A stretch of 63,811 bases of DNA, the filler included, from Lenisia limosa (lineage: Eukaryota > Protista > Breviatea), in NCBI GenBank assembly GCA_001655205.1. It is 10 parts of 10 records of this genome, joined end to end, with 100 filler letters (N's around TTAATTAATTAA, not from the genome) between each part and the next. Parts side by side here need not be neighbours in the genome. Positions count along the whole stretch, not along the records: positions 49,356 to 58,049 come from LPNZ01003302.1; positions 58,150 to 61,894 come from LPNZ01009914.1; positions 61,995 to 63,811 come from LPNZ01006494.1; 7 more parts are not named here. One strand, 5' to 3'. Made by a program: the position numbers and the translations under genes. A model generated the notes under the pieces. It searched no databases and was not told where the DNA came from. It saw nothing but the letters and a program-made list of their open reading frames with translations. Position 1 is the first letter of the stretch, and each line of letters begins with the position of its first letter. Positions 57,501-63,811 of the stretch are shown in pieces.

Positions 57501-58029
57501 TGTCAACAAGGGTTCTAGGACGATGTCTGCACGCTCAAACCCCCTCCAAGGTCTGCCAACGATGATTGCATTTCTCAAACCATCATTTGATTTCAGCAGT
57601 GGAATCATTTCCATTTTACCTCCTCCAAGCACCTTCCTCCACTTCCCAATAACAATTTAGGAATGCCGAGTGTTGATCTCCCCTCACCGTCACCTAAAGC
57701 CAAGGTATTCAGATCATATGATCATATTATATCCCAAAACCCTGGTTATTCAAACGACACATTTCACACCCTTTTCTTAGCCCTAATCATTCAGACCCCA
57801 TCCAAGGCCCCACAAACCCCCACTGCGACAACGTGGGTCTGTCTTTGTGCGTTCTGTATTATACATGCTTTTATCAACAATCCTCGAAAATTATTCACAT
57901 CCTTCAAGGTATTATACATTTTGACAACTCAGGCCGCTTGCAGCATCCACCATGCCGGACCCCTCAAAGCTGATGCCTGAACGGCCGCGTAGGTCTGCCA
58001 CGTCATCCATCCAGCTCTCGCCAGTCTCC
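54510..58029 (+). CDS. Hypothetical protein: long N-terminal coiled coil plus Ser/Pro-rich disordered tail (runs off the contig)
   Basis: More than 15 short exons, e.g. SKLEMLANENRRLMSEKNENGQLLKALKEE, and a tail ...SATSSIQLSPVSRKSPAP. Confidence 0.6.
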
Positions 58030-58379
58030 AGGAAGAGCCCAGCGCCTGGNNNNNNNNNNNNNNNNNNNNNNNNNNNNNNNNNNNNNNNNNNNNTTAATTA
58101 ATTAANNNNNNNNNNNNNNNNNNNNNNNNNNNNNNNNNNNNNNNNNNNNGCCCTCTCCCACAGTCCCAGCCATCCAGTCCAAGTGAGAGGAGGGGGCGGG
58201 GGTAAAACGAGGGAAACCTGAAACTCCCAAAAACACAAGAGAGGGGAAAAGATGTTACAACGTGTGACATTCACCTGTCCAAGTGGGGGGGGGGGTATTA
58301 CTTCCTGTTCCGAGAGATGGGTCTATGAGGGGTGTTGCTACCGCTCTCCCTAAATATAAACGCCCAAATTAACCACTAG

Positions 58380-58535
58380 GACTCCCACCGCGACAGTCGC
58401 ACATTCCAAGCCCCACAGAGCCGCTGGAAGACCCCGACATAGACTGGGACATGCCGGGGACGCTGATGACCGCTATGTACTACGCCAACCCCGTCAATTT
58501 GGCGTCAGAGGCCGTGAGCCTCATGTTCGGATGAA
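58380..58535 (+). CDS. Probable terminal exon of an unassigned gene
   Basis: ctag acceptor, then ...EDPDIDWDMPGTLMTAMYYANPVNLASEAVSLMFG*. Confidence 0.35.
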
Positions 58536-58914
58536 TTAACACTTTCCAAATGGGGAATTCTACAACAAGATGTGATATGAAGATGTGATATGACATATAA
58601 TACAAAGAGATAGTATAGTTTTACTTTTCACTGTACCATTTCATATTAGACATCCCACCATCTCCTTTGAGCACTTGAGTAATCAGGGCGCAAATAAAAA
58701 TAGTTCCAAAAGTGAACAAAATTCATATCCCTACACCGGCCCAAAAAAGAACCCGAATTTGTGTTGAACTCAAAACCTGCCTAGGAAGGAACAGAAGTAA
58801 GAGTGTGACTTCGGTAAGTAGTAAAAGAATACGCCACCGTAAGTTTATTTTCGCGGAGTCCTAATTATAATTCGCATTATTGTGGGACCTCAACCGATAC
58901 GTTTAAAAGGCATA

Positions 58915-60668
58915 CATGAAGAATAAATAAGTTAATCTAGGGATGAGAAGAGCGAGATTTTGGAGGCTGGTTGCGGCTCTTGGCTGACCGGCTGAGGTCC
59001 CGGGGATAACACGGAAACCTGTGACGTGTGAAATGTAGTTGCCCTTTTATTGATTAGAAACAAGCTGCAGAGAATCTGCTTTTTTTACGATATCCATCAG
59101 TTTTTGAAAATTGAATACCAACAGGAATTAGGACCAAAACCTCAATCTGCTACAAACTTGCCATAAGCCAAATAGGTTTCAAGACTTGGTCCCCTCCAAA
59201 ACCCTATTCCGTCCCNNNNNNNNNNAAAAATGAGAGACAAGCCAGTCACTATTGTCAATTTTCGGATAAATGTGACACCCTCACACCTCAACACTAACAC
59301 CATAATGGTCGCTGCACTGAGTGACCGATTTTGATGGGTCATTGATGAAGAAAGGTCGGACGTCTGCACGAGGCCTTGACGGAACCTATGGGGGGGGGGG
59401 TAAAAGGGAAAAATGTATGATCTGTTAGCTATCAACACACGGGTGCCAAGACCAGTNNNNNNNNNNNNNNNNNNNNNNNNNNNNNNNNNNNNNNNNNNNN
59501 NNNNNNNNNNNNNCAAAAAGAAAAAAGTAATGGTGAGCGGCATAAAAGACAATAGGCGAGTCCAATATTTCATAACAGCAAACCTAGAGTTCAATCTATT
59601 CAAGTAAACCCAGAGAAGCCACATGATAGCAATATTTCCCAGTTGCATTTTCTGCCCACAGATAAGAAAGGGGAGTCAGTAGTGGGTTGGGAGTATCGAG
59701 GGGGAGGAGACGGCGCTATCTCCCGAGGCGCTGAGGGTTCGAGAGCTAAGGAGGTGGGGGGAGTAAAGGATAATTTATGAAACAAAAAAGCCCAAATCAA
59801 CACAGTTGGCTGCAACACACAAGGGTTGATAACAACANNNNNNNNNNNNNNNNNNNNNNNNNNNNNNNNNNNNNNNNNNNNNNNNNNNNNNNNNNNNNNN
59901 NNNNNNNNNNNNNNNNNNNNNNNNNNNNNNNNNNCCTACAAGGAGTCTCGATATCTCGACTGATATCTGGAATGAAGGGGCTTGGGGAGCCTTCAATATT
60001 GGTCGTGTAATGTGCCTGAATCATGAAATACCGTACACGTACATCCAAACGAATTTCAAGCAGAATGAATACATTTTATTCTTAATATTTGTTCATGGTA
60101 TATGCTTACTGTATATGTACACCGTCCTTAATATACCAGCATTATATAAGATGGTATGTACCTTGAGAAGTGCAAGAGTTTTGCAAAAAAAAAAACATTC
60201 CCCACGAACCTGCGGAGTGGCAATGTCGACTTCTTCAGTGACCTGATGATCGACAACAATAACTTCCTCTGTGACACGGCTGAAATGAATTAAACAATGC
60301 ACTAATGGACAAAAAAGGCCTAATCTAAAAATGGGTGCGCGTCTTATTGTTTTTTTAGAAAGTGGCATAGTATGAGTAAAATAAAATTAAGCCCAACTTT
60401 TTATAAATATTGACATTGTTGAAAAAAAAATAACACCAAAAACAAGTGGTATTGGTTTGGAGTAAAATTTATTCACCCAATCAGTTACTATATTACTCTG
60501 ACACTAATAGTAAGCTGCGAAAAATGAAATATAGACAGACGATTCAAACATTTCAGTTTCCCGTTCTTCGAGCAACGGGGTATAGGCAGGGGGTGCGCTG
60601 ACGGGAAGGTCGGGTGAGGGGTATCCTGGGACGGCTACTGATGGCTGATGGGAGGTAACAGGGGGAAT

Positions 60669-60734
<66 letters not shown>

Positions 60735-61640
60735 GAAAATATATAACGAAGGAGATTTTGATGAAGAATATCAACGTCAAGGAACTAAGTGACACTTACC
60801 TGATGTGGGACGATTTGGAAGATGTAGTCCAAACTCTCGCGTGCAAGAAGGTCATTGCGGCACGTGATCACAGTTTCGGCAGGGACCAACACGTCGTCCT
60901 GGGGTGTATATCAGAGGTATATCAATATTGAATCCGATAAAAAGGGCATATTTCAAAGAATATGAATATCATATACTATTAGTATTAAATATGATATGGG
61001 TGAAAAATAAGGAACGACGATTCAAAAATATGACATATATTACACGCCGAATATCCTTAACTGATAAGCCCAAGCATCTGAGCCAACAATAACTCCAAAA
61101 TCGTACCTTCTCCCAGGCATCAGCATAAGTCACGGGATGCTCGCCACATGATTCCTTCATAATGTCTCTGATGTCCCATGAGGAGTGCTGCAGACTCTCC
61201 AGCAGGTTCAGATACTCCTTGCTGTCAACACTTACACTACATCGACCGTTGATGTTGAAGTCACCACACAGCAGAATTACGGGCTGGTCTGCGAATGTCA
61301 GTCAATAACGACTACCATTTTGGTAGTAGTGGTAATCAAGATCATTGTTCTGATAGTTGACAGTGGAAATTTATGATTATGGATATCTTATTGGTCAGGA
61401 TTCACTTCGGACAATGTGGCTGCCAGTATTTATATGATCTATATGATCTGTGGTCATCTAATTTCATGCCAACTCTTCAATACATTATCTTGCATTCATC
61501 TTGCATTCAAGACCCACCAACCTGCAGCTCCGAAGAAACATCCGATTTTAGACTGGATCCACTCGTTCAGCTCACCAAGCTGCCTAATGCGGCAGTCGCG
61601 GTTAGGGGTGTTGTCGACCCTGGATATTATTATTATTATA
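58915..61640 (-). CDS. Unassigned multi-exon gene fragment
   Basis: GT-AG bounded exons VDNTPNRDCRIRQLGELNEWIQSKIGCFFGAA, HSSWDIRDIMKESCGEHPVTYADAWEK and DDVLVPAETVITCRNDLLARE. Confidence 0.5.
60674..60730. repeat. (GA)n microsatellite
   Basis: Uninterrupted AG run of about 56 bp. Confidence 0.97.
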
Positions 61641-62248
61641 TATTTTCAGTTAAACCTTCGATTTTGACCCCCCCATTCCAACAGTACCCCCATACCCTGC
61701 ATAGTCGCTTTGAAGGTGACAGTTGAACACAAAAAGATGGTGGGTCGGGTTGAGACGGTCAGAGCCAACCTTAATGGTATTAAAATACAAGAAATTTAGC
61801 ACACGAAAAACGATAAAACAAAAACCTTGAGGAAACTGACAAAATATCTTTGCATGCAAGTATTCTTCACCATTTGTTTACCCCCCCCCCCCCCNNNNNN
61901 NNNNNNNNNNNNNNNNNNNNNNNNNNNNNNNNNNNNNNTTAATTAATTAANNNNNNNNNNNNNNNNNNNNNNNNNNNNNNNNNNNNNNNNNNNNGGGTGT
62001 GTGGGGCGGGCCGGGATTTTGAAGAGACTATTGCAGAGGGTGTGGGGGATTATGAAAGAAAGACAACCAAAGTATTTGCAGTATTTAGGACCGTTCTGGA
62101 TATTGACAGTATATAGGACCGTTCTGGATATTGATATATTTAGGACCTTGGCCACCAGGCAGTTTGCGAACTGTCAATGAAATGGGACGGAAATGAGAAG
62201 CATTACGCAGCCATGATCAATGACGTAAGCGTTTGTGACCTTTCTGGC

Positions 62249-63719
62249 TTGGACTTCACTTCAGTCCGAAAAGACTGGTGACATATCGACAGTTTTTGAG
62301 GATTTATCGAGAAATTCAGTCTTTTTTCGAATCGAAGCAAGTCTCAAATACATGACATAAAAACAATGGAGCTTGTTTAGTGAGGTTAAAACTTCCAAGA
62401 TTGAATTTAATTGCAGCTCGAAAGCCCTTTTTTTCTTCTTGTTATTGCACACAAATATTCTAGCTTCCTTCTATGTGATACTGTGGTAAGGTGTGAAGAG
62501 GACAGATATGTTGAATATAATTGTAGCTTGCTTTTCATATCTTGTGGCTTGGATCGGATTGGGGCTTCACTTCGGTTCGAAATAAGACTGAATTTCTCAA
62601 TAAATCCTCGAAAACTGTCGATATTTTGCCAATATTTTTCGAACCAAAGTGAAGCCCAAGATCGGATTCAGCAGTATTCCCACCCGATCTACTACTTAAT
62701 CCTTGCAATGATGGTGATATCAATTCATCAGCCTGCCAACACATAAATATCGATATACCTTGATATGATAAGCTTTACCGATTTAATATTACTTTCACTT
62801 ACAATGGTCAGTGTAGAAGTTTCTTTCTCCTCAAATTAACACCTACCGCTTGAGCCAGCTACCCAATAACCCTACTTCCGGCATTCTTTCACGATTTAGT
62901 TCCTCCAAAAGTCTGGTAAAACCAAGCTAGCTCTTACGTACGGCCAACCGATTCTCAGAGCCAGTAGGATGGGGGGTGACTTGGGCTTTTAAAAAGTCAT
63001 AATTTGTCGATAATCTTCGATACGTATCAATATCATATCATATATGATTAGTGCTTCATTTCGGTTCGAAAAAAGACTGAATTTTTCGATAAATCCTCGA
63101 AAACTACGATATTTTACCGGTATTTTTCGAACCGAAGTGAAGCCCTATTGTCAATAATCTTCGATACTTCTATGGAGATGTATTAGTGTTTGCATTCCCC
63201 AACAACTTTGATCTATCACCCTTCGAAATACACCATTGAGGTTTGGCTCACAGAGTCGATTCTGGGTTTTTGTTCAAAAAGTCAGATGTTATTTGTCCCT
63301 TTACGCTAATATTCTTCATTGAAATTTTGGGCTTTTCTTGTTTTGTTGTTCTCAACCCTAGGGTGTTGTCAGCCAACATAAATCATCAATTTTTTGGGAT
63401 GCGGTGCTGCAGAAGCGACTGGTCTNNNNNNNNNNNNNNNNNNNNNNNNNNNNNNNNNNNNNNNNNNNNNNNNNNNNNNNNNNNNNNNNNNNNNNNNNNN
63501 NNNNNNNNNNNNNNNNNNNNNNNNNNNNNNNNNNNNNNNNNNNNNNNNNNNNNNNNNNNNNNNNNNNNNNNNNNNNNNNNNNNNNNNNNNNNNNNNNNNN
63601 TCACCACCAAAACCATCACTAGAGCTTTACTTTTGGTTCTAAAAGTCGGATAAAATATCGATGTTTATAGAGTATTTATCGAGAATTCAGTCTTTTTTGG
63701 AACCGAAAATGGAGCTCTA
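62249..63719. mobile_element. Cluster of five family A MITEs (62249-62347, 62560-62659, ~62981-63030 partial, 63049-63147, 63620-63719)
   Basis: Perfect TSD gatcggat/gatcggat at 62560; accatcac/gccatcac at 63620. Confidence 0.9.
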
Positions 63720-63811
63720 GCCATCACCTTCAACGCACTCACTGTCACCTCAGCACACTCACACTGTCACCTTCAACGTCTTGTGAATTAATGTTATACT
63801 ATAATCCAATA

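Noticed and set aside
61050-61060. ATATCCTTAAC resembling U12-intron signals
   Set aside because: Lies on the strand opposite the local gene, with no matching partner site.

Overview
Intron-rich, AT-rich DNA from a flagellated microbial eukaryote (it has a centriole gene; species not determined). The window is not one locus: about 10 contigs/scaffolds are joined by N-TTAATTAATTAA-N linkers, so adjacency across linkers means nothing. Recognisable spliced genes: SAS-6, RPS12, actin, a USP deubiquitinase (partial), a glycosyltransferase with a clear GT4 domain next to a membrane-anchored NDP-sugar epimerase, a TOPORS-like RING E3, a sphingomyelin/IPC synthase-like gene, a pseudokinase, a tandem-PH protein, ARP2 and TRAP-beta (SSR2), plus several unassigned gene fragments. 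The dominant unexplained structure is a set of very short interspersed repeats, mostly intronic. Family A is a ~100-bp hairpin MITE (~28 copies) with TAGGGC...GCCCTA ends and 8-bp target-site duplications (TSDs), i.e. hAT-like. Its terminal TA plus a TSD-initial G forms a splice acceptor, and one copy duplicated a splice donor in the exact geometry needed for precise intron creation. Three further repeat families (B, C, D) and three introns carrying duplicated copies of their own exon/intron junction were also seen. All exon structures were read by eye and no homology searches were run.
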